A DNA stretch of 64,000 nucleotides, from positions 6,572,001-6,636,000 of the forward strand of contig CM052841.1 of assembly GCA_028534125.1 (NCBI GenBank). The letters run 5' to 3'. Below, one piece after another: positions 24,357 through 37,004 of this stretch. The stretch comes from Lama glama (taxonomy: Eukaryota). Under the pieces are notes generated by a model. The model had not been told where the DNA came from. It saw only the letters and a program-made list of their open reading frames with translations, and ran no database searches. Positions within the stretch are counted from its first letter, which is position 1. Each line of letters opens with the position of its first letter. The position numbers and the translations under genes are program-made.

Positions 24357-27169
24357 GTGAGTGCCCTCCCTTGCCCTGCCCAGATCCCGAGAGCCTGAAT
24401 CAGAGCCACACGGCATGGGAGGTCCTCATATCCCTACTGCTATAGCTGCTCCAATGTGAGCATGAGGGCAGTCAGAGAGGCTTTCTTGGGGAAGAAGGGG
24501 CCAGGTGGGCCTGGAAGGATGGATGCAGCTGAAGGAAATGTCCTGATCTAAGGCCCTTAGGGGTTCCCAGTGACCCTCATTAGGGCATTGGGAACACATC
24601 TATCTCTGTGGCTCCCCAGGGCAGTGGAGAGAAATGCAAGGAGGCAGATGGCAGGCAGGGCAGGCAATGTTTCTCTTTTCTTACATCTGGCTCTCAGCCC
24701 TGATCAGACATCTCCCTCTTACACTCTGGGCCTGTGCTGGGCCCAAGGGGCAGGATAGTCCCTGTCATCAAGGGCTCACAGATGGGAGCAGGGGGTCAGA
24801 ATCAGGCAGTGGAGTCAAGCTTCGTCCAGGGTGTGATCTCAGGCCATGACTAGTGTCATGGCTCCAAAGTCAAGTCTAGCTTAGAGGTCAACTTAAAGTT
24901 ATGGATCAGAAGGTGGTATGGGCCAGGAACCGAGCAGTGGAAGAGGGTGGTATGGGGTCAGGCTGTGGTCTGGAATGTTGATCAAGCTACAATAGAGAGC
25001 TCTGGGGAGCAGCCAGGGGTTTGGGGCAGACTTGGGTTTCTCTCTCCTTGCGAACCCTGGGGCCCATAGGGTTGTGGGTGCTGTGTGGCCTCTGAGGTCT
25101 GTGGGCTTGGACTGGGGCTGGGAGGGTGCTCCCCAGGGCAACCCAAGTTGGCACCCAGGGTCAACCTGTTTCCCCCTCAAGTCCACCAGGTTCCAGCCCC
25201 ACCTCCTCATGCCCCTCTCCAGGCTGGTCTTTAAAGTGCGTAATTCGATTCTAGGGCGCCTGTCCTGGTTGCAGGCCTGGCCCCAACAAAGGCTGCTCAT
25301 ATGTTCCCTGACAGAGTCCGGAGTCCCTCCCGCCTGGCTAGCTGCCCGCGACTAATGCATTGCTAATAACCAGGGTCTAGTTTCACAAGCCCCCCTCCCC
25401 TGCTAACGAGCTACAGGCAGCAGCCCTGCGCGTCGCGGCGCACACGCCTTGCAGTGGACCTGGCACACTGCCCACCACACACACACACGGGAACATGCAC
25501 GCACACACGTGGTCCCCAGCAGGAACCATGATCCCTACATGCCTGTGACTAACATGCCAAGACCACATCCTGGCACGCACCATGGGCAGAACTGACCTCC
25601 ACACTTACATGGGCAAAGCAAAATACACGGGCTCCGTGTCAAGAACATGCCTGGCCTGTGGCACATGTTAGCCCTGTTCCGTGTCACATTGGCATTGGGG
25701 TTGGCTAGATTTATGGCTCTTTTGAACTTGTATTTTGCTCTAAACAGAATCTACTCTCCCTGATCCTTAATCTTGGAGAGAGGCAGGTGTATGATTGGGA
25801 GGGAGTGTGGAGGGGAGAGCGGAAAACATCACTTGGATTTTCAGGAGGAAGTGAGAGAGGCAGGCCAGAAGTTGCACAGGAATGGGCACCATGAGGCCTG
25901 ACAGGGGCTGTCTCGGTATGCATGGGGGAGCGAGTGCTGGGCGAGCCTGGGTTCCCTGCATCTTCTGCTGTGGGCCTAACTCAGCAGGAAGGCCTCGAGG
26001 GCATGTTTGACATCTGCTGCCGCAGACTGGATGGAGGATGCCTCAGCAAGGCAGATGCCAGCAACCAGGGAATTCCTGCCAGTTGTGGAGCCATTCTTTT
26101 AAGGGGGTGGATTAAGAGATTAGTGACAACCTAGGAAGAAAGGCGCAGGCCTAGGAGATGTAGCTTCCGGGAGAGCATTGGGCTCCTAGACCACATTCCT
26201 GGAGGTATGGTTGCCCACTGTAAGTCCACCAATGATGTGCTAATTTGATCTGCTCCCCATGGCTCTCTCATTTTGGGGAAAGATAGATGTGGAGATCTGG
26301 GGGACAGAATCCAAGAAGGGGCCGGTGGCCAAATCCTGGCAAGAGGGAGAAGGAGCCGAATGAGCTGGGGTTGCTCAGCCAGAGGGGGTCTTTGCAGAGC
26401 CAAAGGGAACTGGGGGCCGGAGGTGGAACTGGGCCCCACCTCCAGGAGTGGAGGGCCTCTGGGGCCCACTGATCTTCCAGGGCTGGTAGGAGGACTTCCT
26501 GAGCCCAGGTCTGGGCCCAGAAGGGCTCTCACCCTGACCCTGGCCTGTAGCACTACCTTCCACCTCAGGGCCACAGACCTTGGGGGGATGGGGAGAGTTT
26601 CCTACTCCACTGGGACCCAGCCGCACATACGTGGATACACATACACACGTACATGTGCTCACAGCCTGTCTGGTCAGGTAGCCCAGACCCTGGTTTTCTT
26701 GGGGGAAGACTGGAACAGGGACCAAAAAGCCCTGAAGCCAGACGTGGCCCACAGCGGCCCCTCCTCCGCCCCTGCCGGCTGCCCCTGTTTACGAGGCGGC
26801 TTAATGAGGCAGCGGGTGCCGCTGAGATGAACCAGAGCCCAGCCTGGGCCTGGGAGGGGCGCCGGACAGGCAGGCCAGCCTGGAGGCTGGGGGGAGACCA
26901 GCAGGATGGAGCTGGCCGGGGCGGGGCTGGGGGCAGTGGCGATGCTTCCAGGAGGAAATGGAGCAGCTGTCTCCTGTCCTGCCGCCCCGGGAGCTGCCCC
27001 CTCCCTGCCCCTTTTCCTCCTCAGGCAGGGCGATAACCGCAGTGAGGCCTTCCTGAGGGGGAGGCCCAGCTGGGGCCAGGCTGGTGGGTGCGCTGGGCAT
27101 CTGGGAGCCCAGGCTCTGAGCCGGAACCCATGATGATGACAGAGCTGGCTGAAGTCTGCTCGGTGCTTA

Positions 27170-27350
27170 CCATGTGCCTGGGTCCTCATTACAACCCTGT
27201 GGGAGAGATCGTTAACGCCATTTTACAGATGAGGACCGCAAGGCATGTGGAAGTTAAGTAACTTAGTCACCTAGCTAGTAGGGGATGGAGCCAAAATTTG
27301 GACTCAGGCAGCCTGGCTCCCTGTCTGTGTTTGTAACCTTCCCTCTAAAC
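27170..27350 (-). mobile_element. MIR SINE fragment
   Basis: cattttacagatgagga...aagttaagtaactt...gctagta...gagcc...gactcaggcagcctggctcc MIR core. Confidence 0.7.
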
Positions 27351-27785
27351 TGCTTCTTGATGGGGTGGGAGATGGCAGCTCAACACCATTCCTTCTCTCA
27401 CCCCATTACTCTTGTCCCCTCCAGCTGGACTCAGGCTAGGGTCAGTGAGAGAGCTGCGGTGACAGCAAGGTGGAGACACTGGGGCCAAGTCCTCCTTATT
27501 CTCCCCTCAGGGTGCTTCCAATCTCCTTAAAGACAGATGATCCTCACTCAGGACTGTCTTCCCTCCCTGGGGGGTCTCCTTCCTGAGATGTCTTTACTCT
27601 CCTGTGGGAATATTCTCAATGTCCGTGTGTGCCCCCTCACCCACCACGGAAGTCTTTATCCCCTCCAGGAGTGTTTTCAGTCCTCTCTCCCCACAAGTGT
27701 TCCCACTTCTTCCGGGGGGGCCTCACTGCCCTGACCCCCAGAGTCCATCTGCCCGTATTTCCCCCACCCCACCATCTGGCTGCAG

Positions 27786-27966
27786 GTGGAGCTGTCGGAC
27801 GGCACAGCGCACACCATCACAGACGCCTACGCGGGGAAGGAGTACATCATCCAGGTGGCGGCCAAGGACAATGAAATCGGGACCTGGAGTGACTGGAGCG
27901 TGGCTGCCCATGCCACGCCCTGGACTGAGGAGCCACGACACCTCACCACCGAGGCCCAGGCCCCCG
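27786..27966 (+). CDS. CNTFR: CNTFR coding exon 6 (VELSDGT...WSDWS...EAQAP)
   Basis: tgcag| ... |gtgagc; 181 nt; WSxWS motif at 27885-27899. Confidence 0.98.
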
Positions 27967-28322
27967 GTGAGCCCGCCCCCTGCGCTCCCTCCAGCTCCTC
28001 TTGGCACTTGGAGCCTCTGCGCCAGGGGTCTCCACACTCTGTATGGCTGCCACACTCCCATTGGTCTGTCCAGCACCTGCTGTTCCTGGTCCTTGCTGTC
28101 TGGACATTGTTGGTCGGGACCAGGGTATGTGTGGGACTTGGGGAAGCAGGATCTGCTGGATAGGTGAGGCAGGGCAAGTCTGAGAGAGGAGGCAGGGACT
28201 GTCTGATGGGGGAGGCAGCACCAGTCTGACACAGGAAGCAGGAACGGTGTGCCTCATGAAGCCCCCGACCTGGGTGGGACTCTGGCTCTGGCCCTGCCCT
28301 GAGTTTCCCCCATGTTCCCCAG

Positions 28323-28491
28323 AGACCACGACCAGCACCACCAGCTCACTGGCCCCCCCGCCCACCACGAAGATCTGTGACCCTGGGGAGCTGGGCAGCG
28401 GTGGAGGGCCCTCAGCACCCCTCTTCATCAGTGTCCCTGTCACTCTGGCCCTGGCTGCCGCTGCCGCCACTGCCAGCAGTCTCCTGATCTG
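28323..28491 (+). CDS. CNTFR: CNTFR coding exon 7 (Ser/Thr-rich stalk and GPI-anchor signal ...ALAAAAATASSLLI, plus TG of the stop codon)
   Basis: cccag| ... ATC TG|gtaagt; 169 nt. Confidence 0.97.
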
Positions 28492-28581
28492 GTAAGTCGA
28501 ATGAGGCTGGGCAGCCGGGGGAAGCCTGAGGGGCCCCCACTCCACCCTCGTCCCTCACAGCACCCTGCCCTGTCTCCCCAG

Positions 28582-29230
28582 AGCCCGGCATCCCGTGAGG
28601 ACATGCCAGCGCACCTGCAGAGGAGCAAGAGGCCGGCACTGAGCCCGAAGACCCCGGTTTCTATTTTGCACACGGGCAGGAGGACCTTCTGCATTCTCTT
28701 CAGACACAATTTGTAGAGACCCCGGCAGGCCCGGGCCTGCCGCCCCCAGCCCTGCCACACCATGCTGCCCCTCCTCCCTTCCTCAGGGAAGGGGGCTGTG
28801 CAGCTAACCCACCCACCAAAGACCCCCCCATCCCGAACCTGCCCCCTCGGGCTGGACCCTCCAATGCCAGCGACTCCCAGGAGCCCTTGGGGGGCCTGAG
28901 GGGAGCCNNNNNNNNNNNNNNNNNNNNNNNNNNNNNNNNNNNNNNNNNNNNNNNNNNNNNNNNNNNNNNNNNNNNNNNNNNNNNNNNNNNNNNNNNNNNN
29001 NNNNNNNNNNNNNNNNNNNNNNNNNNNNNNNNNNNNNNNCAGTCCCCCACCTCTGCCCNNNNNNNNNNNNNNNNNNNNNNNNNNNNNNNNNNNNNNNNNN
29101 NNNNNNNNNNNNNNNNNNNNNNNNNNNNNNNNNNNNNNNNNNNNNNNNNNNNNNNNNNNNNNNNNNNNNNNNNNNNNNNNNNNNNNNNNNNGTGGGGGAG
29201 TTCTCATTAAACGTCACCATTTCATGAGTC
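28582..29230 (+). other. CNTFR: CNTFR terminal exon (A of the TGA stop, then 3' UTR; two N gaps inside)
   Basis: tctccccag|A at 28581/28582 completes TGA; total CDS 85+234+118+167+164+181+169+1 = 1119 nt; 3' end estimated from ATTAAA. Confidence 0.88.
29206..29211 (+). terminator. CNTFR: CNTFR polyadenylation signal ATTAAA
   Basis: Only canonical-type hexamer visible after the stop codon in the unmasked sequence. Confidence 0.75.
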
Positions 29231-31489
29231 CTCGGAACAGACCCACTTTGGGAGGGTAGCCCGCCTCCCAGGATTCCTCCCCGGATTCCTCCCCTTCCAG
29301 GCCTGGAGGAGGAAAGGAACTGGGGTTGGAGAGAGTCACCTCTCTCCAGAGAGGTGGGGGAGGCAGTTCTGCTCTCAGGCAGCTGTGTCTGGGGATGAGG
29401 CTTTCAGCGTCTTTGGAGGGTAGGACGCCCTGGAGGCCAGGGCCAGAGCTGTTGGGGGATGAGGGGTCCCAGCACGGCAGGCCCCACTTGGGCGCATCCC
29501 TCAGCCCCAGAGGCTGCTGAATCCGGGCAGCACTAAGGGTACCCACGGGGGAGAGATGCAAGAGGGAGGAGGCCAGACTTCCGCCTCGGGGTGGAGGGCT
29601 CGTATCCCTGCCATCCTGGAGACCCAGGGTTCTATCAGGTCAGGCCTGGGACTCAGCCAGGGCCCAGAGTGCAGAGTGGCCTGGGCCGGGGCAGGGAGGG
29701 AGGCTTCTTGAAGGAGGCCACTTGGCTTGCGACTAGGAACTGGACTCGTGCTTCAGGACGGGAAGTGTGGAGTATAAGGTTTACCCCAGGGTTAGATTGC
29801 AGTCAGGACTCAGTGTGAGTGGGGGAGGAATGGGCTTTGGCTTTACAAGGTACTTGGTCTTTGGTCCAGCTCCACACCCTGTCCACACCCTTCCAGTCCC
29901 TAAACTGGGACTCCAGGTTCTTTTTGATTTCTCCTCAGAGGAGGGGCCCCTGGCTGCCTCCGACCCACTCAGGTCCAGCCCCTCTTGTAGGAGCCACCTC
30001 CCTGCAGCTCCTTGGCTGAGAATGCCTGAGGCTGGGGCCAAGTTGGCAGGCACCTCTGGCCTGGGGCTGAGGGCAAAGGGTTAGGCCAGAGCCCCAACCT
30101 GGGAGCCAGGCTTGGCTGTGTTCTGGGCGGCTGGAGCAAGGAGAGAAGTGGAGTCGAAGCCATGAACATGCTGGCCCATGCACACCCAGCAGGCACTGAG
30201 CACCACACCGCCACTAACCATACCGTTCCCCCCCATGTCACACATGCACTCTGATTCAAACCCTCCTCCACAGACCAGGGTCAGAAAATGGGCATTCCTT
30301 GCTGGTTTCACCACCTGCCTGGGATGATGCCCTGGGAGGAGGGATTCACGGTGCCAGGAGCATCAATGAGTCAGGCCTGGACAGGACTCCAAGTGGGTGG
30401 GGGGCTCAGAGTGGAGGTGGCTGGCTCTCCTCTAGGCCGGGCACTAGAAGAGGAGAAGCATGTTCCAGGCGGGAGATGCCGTGGAAAGCAAAGGCCTGGT
30501 GTCAGGGTGGAGGCCTGTGGCTTTTCAAGCTGAGCAGCCCCAGCTGTGGGATCACGTGGCTCCTCGTTCACCGGAAGAGGCTCCCAGGAAGGACATCCTG
30601 AGAAGGGCTGTGGACCTGTCTCTGTGGCCTGGACCCCCAGTTCTGCCTGTCTGGTCTCTGTGAGGTGTGGCTCGGGTCTGAAACCTGCACTCCAGGTCCA
30701 GCAGGGGTGAGGGGAATAGGGGGTGAAGGACATTGTATTCCTGGGGTGGGTCTGAGCCTCCCCGCTTCCCTGTCCTTGTCTTAGGGGGACAGAAATTAGG
30801 AGGTCTCTCGCCTGTGCTGCCTTCCTGCCTTGAGAGCCTTGGTCAGCCCTGACCCACCCGCTGCCCACCCAGGGCTTGGGCATCAGCAATCTGGCCTCCA
30901 TTAGCAACATGGGAAAGCAATTATGTGGGGCCTGGGGAGGAGAAGGAGGGGAGGGGGCCTGCTGGAGCCTCAGAGGCCAACGGAGAGGAGGACTGGGGCA
31001 TCTCCCTGCCCCCAACCCCAAGGGAGAGACCCAGCCCTGTCCCAAGCCCCGAGGTGGCTGGAGGGGCAGTGTCATTGCCTCTGGCCAGACTGGACGTGGG
31101 CCTGGGAGTGGTCATCTCTCCCTGTGGGTCCTGGCCCTCGACCCCACAGAGGCTGCTGGCCTTGGAGGGTCTTGACTGTGGTCTGCAGCTGCTTCCGAGT
31201 GCTGGCCCTCCATATCTGTTGTATCTCATTGTGGCTCCGGGGTGCTGGGGATGACTAAAGACATTAGTTCTTAGGGCAAAAATCAGAACCTGGAGAATTA
31301 AAACACTGCTGGTGTTGTTGGGGAGGGGGTGGGAGGATGTGCATTGCTTGGAGGGGGTTGGATCCCAGGTCGGGTGTGCTTCGCAGCCCAGCCTCTCAGC
31401 TCACTAGTTCTCCTTGCTCCTCAAGGTGCACTGGGGATGGGAACCCTCCTCTGGGCCCTGTTCCTGTAACACTGACTTGTCTCTGGCCC

Positions 31490-31920
31490 GTCCTCTTCTC
31501 GCTGAACACCTTCTTGTCTCTGTCTCTGTCCTATGCCTGTCTCTGAGCATGTCTTTGTCCTGGTCCCTGTCCTTGTGTTTCTCTGGATGTCTTCATCTCC
31601 TATCTCTGCCGCCCTCTGTCTCTCTCACCATCTCTCTCTCTCTGTCTCCAGCCCTGTCTCTGCCTCTGTCCTCCTCCCTGTCTCTCAATCTTCTCTTTTT
31701 CTGCCTTCCTCCCTCTGTCTCTGGGGGTTGGTCCCCATCTAAGAGTCTCTGTGTCTCTCTCTCTGTGTTTCTATCTCTGTGTGTTTGTGTGTGTGTGTCC
31801 CTGTCCCCAGCTGTGTCTCTGTTCCTCTTCCCTGACTCTGGCAGTTCCCTCTCTTTGCCCTTCTCTGTGTGCTCCTGCCCTGGTCCAGACCCCTGCCTGT
31901 GGCTGCTCTGCTCTCTGGCC
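31490..31920 (+). repeat. CT/TG-rich low-complexity tract
   Basis: Almost A-free (TC)n/(TG)n mosaic. Confidence 0.8.
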
Positions 31921-32697
31921 TGAGCCGGGGGCTGTCCTGGCTTCTGCTGCCCTCTCTCGGCCGCCCGCCTGCCCTTCATTCTCCTGGGCAGGCAGCTATC
32001 AGCACACACATCCACGGCTGCCTCCCAGCAGCGGGCCAGGAGAGGAGAGAGGGAGGTGGTGAGCAGACACCCGGCAGGAATGCCTCCCTGCGGCCTCTGG
32101 CTTTGAGAGCTCCCCAGAGCCAGTGAGCTCACTAACTCCCTAGGCTGGGGCTCCGAGAAAGTTCATTCTCACATGGAGAGAACAGAATGCTTGGCTCCAA
32201 ACCCAGCCCTGTGTCCTGCACCTGTGTGTCTTTACGGCTTGAGGCCCTCGTGTTCAGTCTGCCCGCAGCCGAAAGCTACTGGACGTGGACAGATAGAGAT
32301 ATGACCCTCAGATGGTAGCACCTGCCTGGGGATGTAGGGCTAAAGCCCCGGGGGCAAGAAGGGTTGCAGTATAATCCTCACATCCCTCCCTCTCCTCAGA
32401 GGATGGCAGAGGGGAAGGAGGTCTGAGGAGGGGAGTCTGATGGAGCCAGTCTTGAGGAGAGAGGCTGTAAGGGACTTTATCTGACAGGATCACTCTGATG
32501 GGGAAGGCGAATCCGAAGGTGAGTGGGTCTGAGAGGGCCTGTGTGACAGGTTTAGTCCGGCAGAGGCCGGTCTGGAGCACGCTGCTGAAGGGGTCCTGTT
32601 TGGAAGGGCCGATCTGAGGGGACAGACTGATGCAGGCAACGTCTGAAGGGGACTACCAGTCTGAGGAGACTACTCTGAAGGCACAGAGGTCTGAGAA

Positions 32698-32810
32698 TAG
32701 GATCTCCAACTAGTCCTGCTTTGCCGGGGACTTCCCAGTTTTAGCACTGAATATCTCGAGCCCTGGGACACCCCTCAGCCCCAGGCAAACCGGGGTAGTT
32801 GGTCACCCTA
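32698..32810. mobile_element. MER81-like hAT-Blackjack MITE
   Basis: 113 bp; termini taggatctccaac / gttggtcacccta; internal ggttttagcactgaa-like core; 8-bp TSD tctgagaa / tttgagaa. Confidence 0.75.
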
Positions 32811-33003
32811 TTTGAGAAGGCCTTGCCTAACAGTACTGATCTGAGAGGCCGGTCTGTGAGGGAGTGCATCTGAGGGCGCCTGTAATGACAGCACCAGTCT
32901 GAGGGGGGAGGCTGCTCAAGGCTGGAAGCTTCTTTGAGCAGAAACCAGGCTGCAAAGGGAGTGGAGAGTTTGGGTCCTTCCAGAAGGGTAGTGGCTTGGG
33001 GAG

Positions 33004-33020
33004 TGGCCACCAGGGGGCAG
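33004..33020 (+). promoter_or_regulatory. Candidate CTCF site TGGCCACCAGGGGGCAG
   Basis: Full match to the CCASYAGRKGGCRS core. Confidence 0.6.
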
Positions 33021-33899
33021 GGCAAGCTCTCAGGAGAACCAGAGACAAAGGTCCCAGAGGGAGCCAGACAGCGCGGGGCTGTGTGCACAGTGTGCTCTCT
33101 GCAGCGTGTCACTGCACCATCACGTGCAAGTTTGTGTGATGGTGTGCAGCTGTGCAGTTCTGTTTTTGTGTGACGAGGCGAGCGGGGGCAGGTCTGTGGT
33201 ATGTCAGTGTGGCTGTGGCCGAGGCCTGGCCTGTGGCCGTGGGGAAGAGAGCAGGAGCCTTTTGGGGTACCAGGGCAGGCGGGCGGTGGGAGAGGGGCAG
33301 TCAGAGAAGTTTCCTTGGGAGGCGCTGAGATGGGGAGGGGAGGTAGGAACCAGTCTTCCCTGCCTGTGCCTGCCCCTGCCCACCGTGCTATCCCTGAGAG
33401 TCCAGACACGAAAGCTCAGTGCTTTGGTCACACACAGGGGCAGCCCCCAGGCCAGGCTGCACAGCTAGGCCCTGCCTGCCCTCCTCTCCTGCGTCTCTCC
33501 TCCTGCTCCCTTCAGCTGGCACTCCTCCAGCTGGACAACCCCACTCCACCCTGTTCCCCCATCATTGTTTCCAGCTGTCCTATCTCCGTGCCTTGGTTCA
33601 TGCTTTCCCTGCCCGATGCTCTCTTGTGAAGCATTTGAGGTCCCTCTGATGCTGCCTCCATGAAACACTCCCTGCTCACTCCCTCTTTACTCAATGGGTG
33701 GACTGGAGACCCTCTCGGAGCTGAGGCCTGGTCCTGTGGGCCCCCGTCTCACCTCTGAGACTTGAAAGGGATGGGGGCTGGGACTGCTAGGGTCTTGCCC
33801 ACAGAAGGGCTCTTAGGGGAGAGGTGTGGACAGAGCAAGGCTGGGGATCTCTGAGTTAGGGCAGCAAAGTGACACCACCACCACAGAATCACTCCACCC

Positions 33900-36170
33900 C
33901 ATCCTATCCCCCCACTAACAAAATGAACAAAAGCCAAACAAACTGAAACAAGAATGCTGGTACCAGCTCGAGTCCAACCAAACAAGGACGTTTTATAAAC
34001 CTTAAAATGTGATAGCAAAGGGAAGTAACAGAAGATTCTGGTGCAGTGAGTGAATGGTATGTCTCCTAACCCCATGTCCAAAACTAGTATTGAGAAAAGG
34101 CAGGTCAGCCAAACACCAAGAATTCTCGTGAATATACTGCAATCTGAGAGAAGTGGACTGTTGGGTGAGTAGGTAGCCTTAGGAAAAGTCTGGGGGGAAA
34201 ATCTTTGTAAGCAGAAACCCCTATGCTCGTCCATGAGACCTGAGAGGCCAGAAGAGCTGCCATGGCTTGGTGCCTTCCAGGGTACAGGGCTGAGGTTGGG
34301 GGCTAACCAGAGCCGACAGGATGGGATGTGCCCTGCTCTCTAGCTGGAGAAGGATTCCTAACAGGGCCTCAGCAGCACTCAGTCCCATCAAGGTCAGTAG
34401 GCAGCCCCAGCCAAGTCACCCCCAGGCCACAGAAGTGGGGTGGGTGGGTTTGGAAACAACAGCCAGCTTTCAAACTATGACTCCCAGGGGAAGATAAAGT
34501 GGTCCAGCCAAGACGGGAAGGTGCTTGACTCCAGAGCAAGGAGAGGTCTGCTCAGTGTGAGCCACAGCAGATATAAGAGCAAAGGAAAGGGCATGACCCT
34601 TAGGCACACAGACCACAGCCACAATACAGGTAGGGAGGAAGGAAAGAGGGAAAGAAGGGAGGGAGGGAGGGAAAGGAAAGGAACAAGGAGGACAGAATGC
34701 AAAAAATAGATAAAGAGCCCAATCTAAAAGGAAACACAACCAAAGGAATAAAAGCAGGCTCCTGGCAAGTTCTTCCTGTTACAGAAGGCCTTAATAATAG
34801 TATGAAATCAATAGAACAAGAACCCAAAAACAAGATGATAAAACAACAGAATGAGGTGAAAAGGGAGATAACAGAACTAAGGAAAAATAATAAAGGGCCA
34901 AAACAATACCGTTACAGATGTCATAAATAAACTAAAAACCGCAAAACACAGAATGGAAATGACTGAAAACCAAAGTAATCTGCAGGAAAGCCTTGAGATA
35001 GCAAGAGCAAATGTGATGGGAAAAGGTAAAGATGCTAAAGCAATTAGAGTGAAGTTAACAGGACAAAGACAAGCTACCATAAGCATAATTGTTGGCAGCC
35101 CTAAAGCTGAAGTTCCAAAAATGGAACGGAAAAAGTTATTGAAGTATGAAACATGGGAAAGCCTTCCCTGAAATGAAGGAATAACTGAATATTCAGATTA
35201 TAAGTGCACACCATCGACTAGAAGACTTGATACGGAATAGTTGACATTAAGATACACTGATTTAGCAACCAAACTTTGAGGATAAAATAAGAATACTTTA
35301 GGAATCTAGGCAGAAAAAGCAAGTCATGTCAGGGGGAAAATTCGGTCTGAATCTCAGATTTCTCCAAGGTAACACGTCAAATGAAGAGAATGAAACAATA
35401 CCCACAAAGTTCAGAGGGTAGAAAACCCCAGAATATAACCAACCAAGGGGTTGATCCCAATCATGAATTTGGGGATACAGAGCTCACCAGCCCCACTGGA
35501 GAAAGTTCTCAATGACAAAATTCAGTCAGCCAAGAGATGAATCAAAGTCAGATGCTGAGAAAAGGAGATTCCTCGTAAGAGGACCGGTGATGAACACTCA
35601 TTCCATTTAGATTAAGATTCAACTGTGGGAACTTTCATTGCAGAACAGAATGTAAATATTGTAAATCCTGATAAAGTAAAAACAACATTGGCAACCTAAT
35701 CTGGAATGGAGAAAAGGGGTAGAAAGGAAGGCAGAAGAACAAATCACACTTTCTTTCACAGTTCAGAGCAACTAATAAGTGTATAAAATGGAAACAATTG
35801 TAAAGCTCCTACTCCAGTCTCTTAACTGAAATTGTTTTTCTTAACTTGAGAGGGGTCTTTTAAGAATGAACTTTTTTTTGAGGTGAAGAAATATTTAGCT
35901 GAAGTTCAGCTATTCCTTCATTTTCACTTTAGTTTCTTTTCCCTCTATCAAATTCAAGTAATAGCACACTTTGGACTAAAATAATAGCTTCTATAGTGTG
36001 TCTCATTCATTTTTCTACCTGTCTGACTCTCTACCTCTCTCTCTCTCTCAAATCTTTGTGCATAAAATGTTAATGCTGACTTCTGGGTAGTGAGATTTTC
36101 AGTGATTCATTGCATTTTTCTTTGTATTCTTTTATATGGCTTATAAATCATTAAAAAATAATAAGCATGT
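33900..36170 (+). mobile_element. Degraded L1 ORF1-like / HAL1 relic
   Basis: A-rich strand; broken coiled-coil-like ORFs (34697-35171, IKQQNEVKREITELRK); ORF1-like DNA motifs (ccctgaaatgaagga...tcagatt; ggcagaaaaagcaagtca...cagatttctcc); ends approximate. Confidence 0.55.
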
Positions 36171-36261
36171 ATCTTTATTCAGTTTTTAAAGACCATCTCT
36201 CTTTATCATCTATCTATTTAGATATCATTTATCTATTACTTTGGGTTTAAGGGAACTCAAT

Positions 36262-36400
36262 CTTTTTTCTTTTTTTTTAATGAAGGGGAGGTAATTCGGT
36301 TTATTCATTTATTTCTATTTGAAGGAGGTACTGGGGATTGAACCCAGGACCTCCTGCATGCTAAGCATGAGCTTTACCACTTGAACTATACCCTCCCCCT
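36262..36400 (-). mobile_element. tRNA-Ala-derived SINE (camelid Vic-1-like), second copy
   Basis: Reverse strand reads ggggagggtatagttcaagtggtaaagctcatgcttagcatgcaggaggtcctgggttcaatccccagtacctcc plus A-rich tail; ctcaatctt direct repeats at 36256-36264 and 36408-36416. Confidence 0.85.
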
Positions 36401-36506
36401 GAAATCCCTCAATCTTGAACCTCAGAGTCCTCATCTTCAATCCAGGGATAACAAGATTTACATCAAAGGATGTGCTGAAGATTGTGAGATAATATACCAC
36501 CCCCCT

Positions 36507-36800
36507 TGTGGTAGGCTGAAAAATGGCTCCCAAATAAGTCCACATCCTAATTCCTAGAACCTGTGAGTGTTAATTTCCACGGTAAAAGGATTTTGCAGCT
36601 GAGATTAAGTTAAGGCTCTTAAAATGGGAAGATTATCCTGGATTATCAGGTGGTGGGGATGTAATCACAACCATCCTAATAGAAAAGAGGCAGGAGGAGT
36701 CAGAGTCAGAGGAGGTGATGGGATGATGGAAGGAGAGACTGAAAGATGTAGGAAGGGGCCACCAACCAAGGAGTACAGGTAGCTGCTGAGAGTCAGGGGT
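36507..36800 (+). mobile_element. MaLR LTR (MLT1-like) fragment
   Basis: tgtggtaggctgaaaaatggc...cacatcctaattcctagaacctgtga...agattatcctggattatc, typical MLT1 5' end. Confidence 0.75.
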
Positions 36801-37004
36801 CCCCGGGAGATGGGGAGACCTGGTCAGATATGTGTTTGGGAAAGACTGCTCTGGGGGCCGTGCAGAGGAGGGTAAGGAGGGAAGAGAACACGGGACCTGT
36901 GGTGGCTGAGAGCAGCAGCAGGCCTGAGTGAGGCGCTTTGACTGAACGTGTGAGGCCTGAGAGCAGGCGGGAGAAGGCCTAAGGCCAGGGCAGTGAGAAC
37001 TGGG

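Noticed and set aside
34697-35171. Coiled-coil-like short ORFs
   Set aside because: Broken remnants of an L1-ORF1/HAL1 element with multiple stops
36325-36400. tRNA-like sequence (also 11720-11790)
   Set aside because: Has an A-rich tail and TSDs, so it is a SINE head and not a tRNA gene
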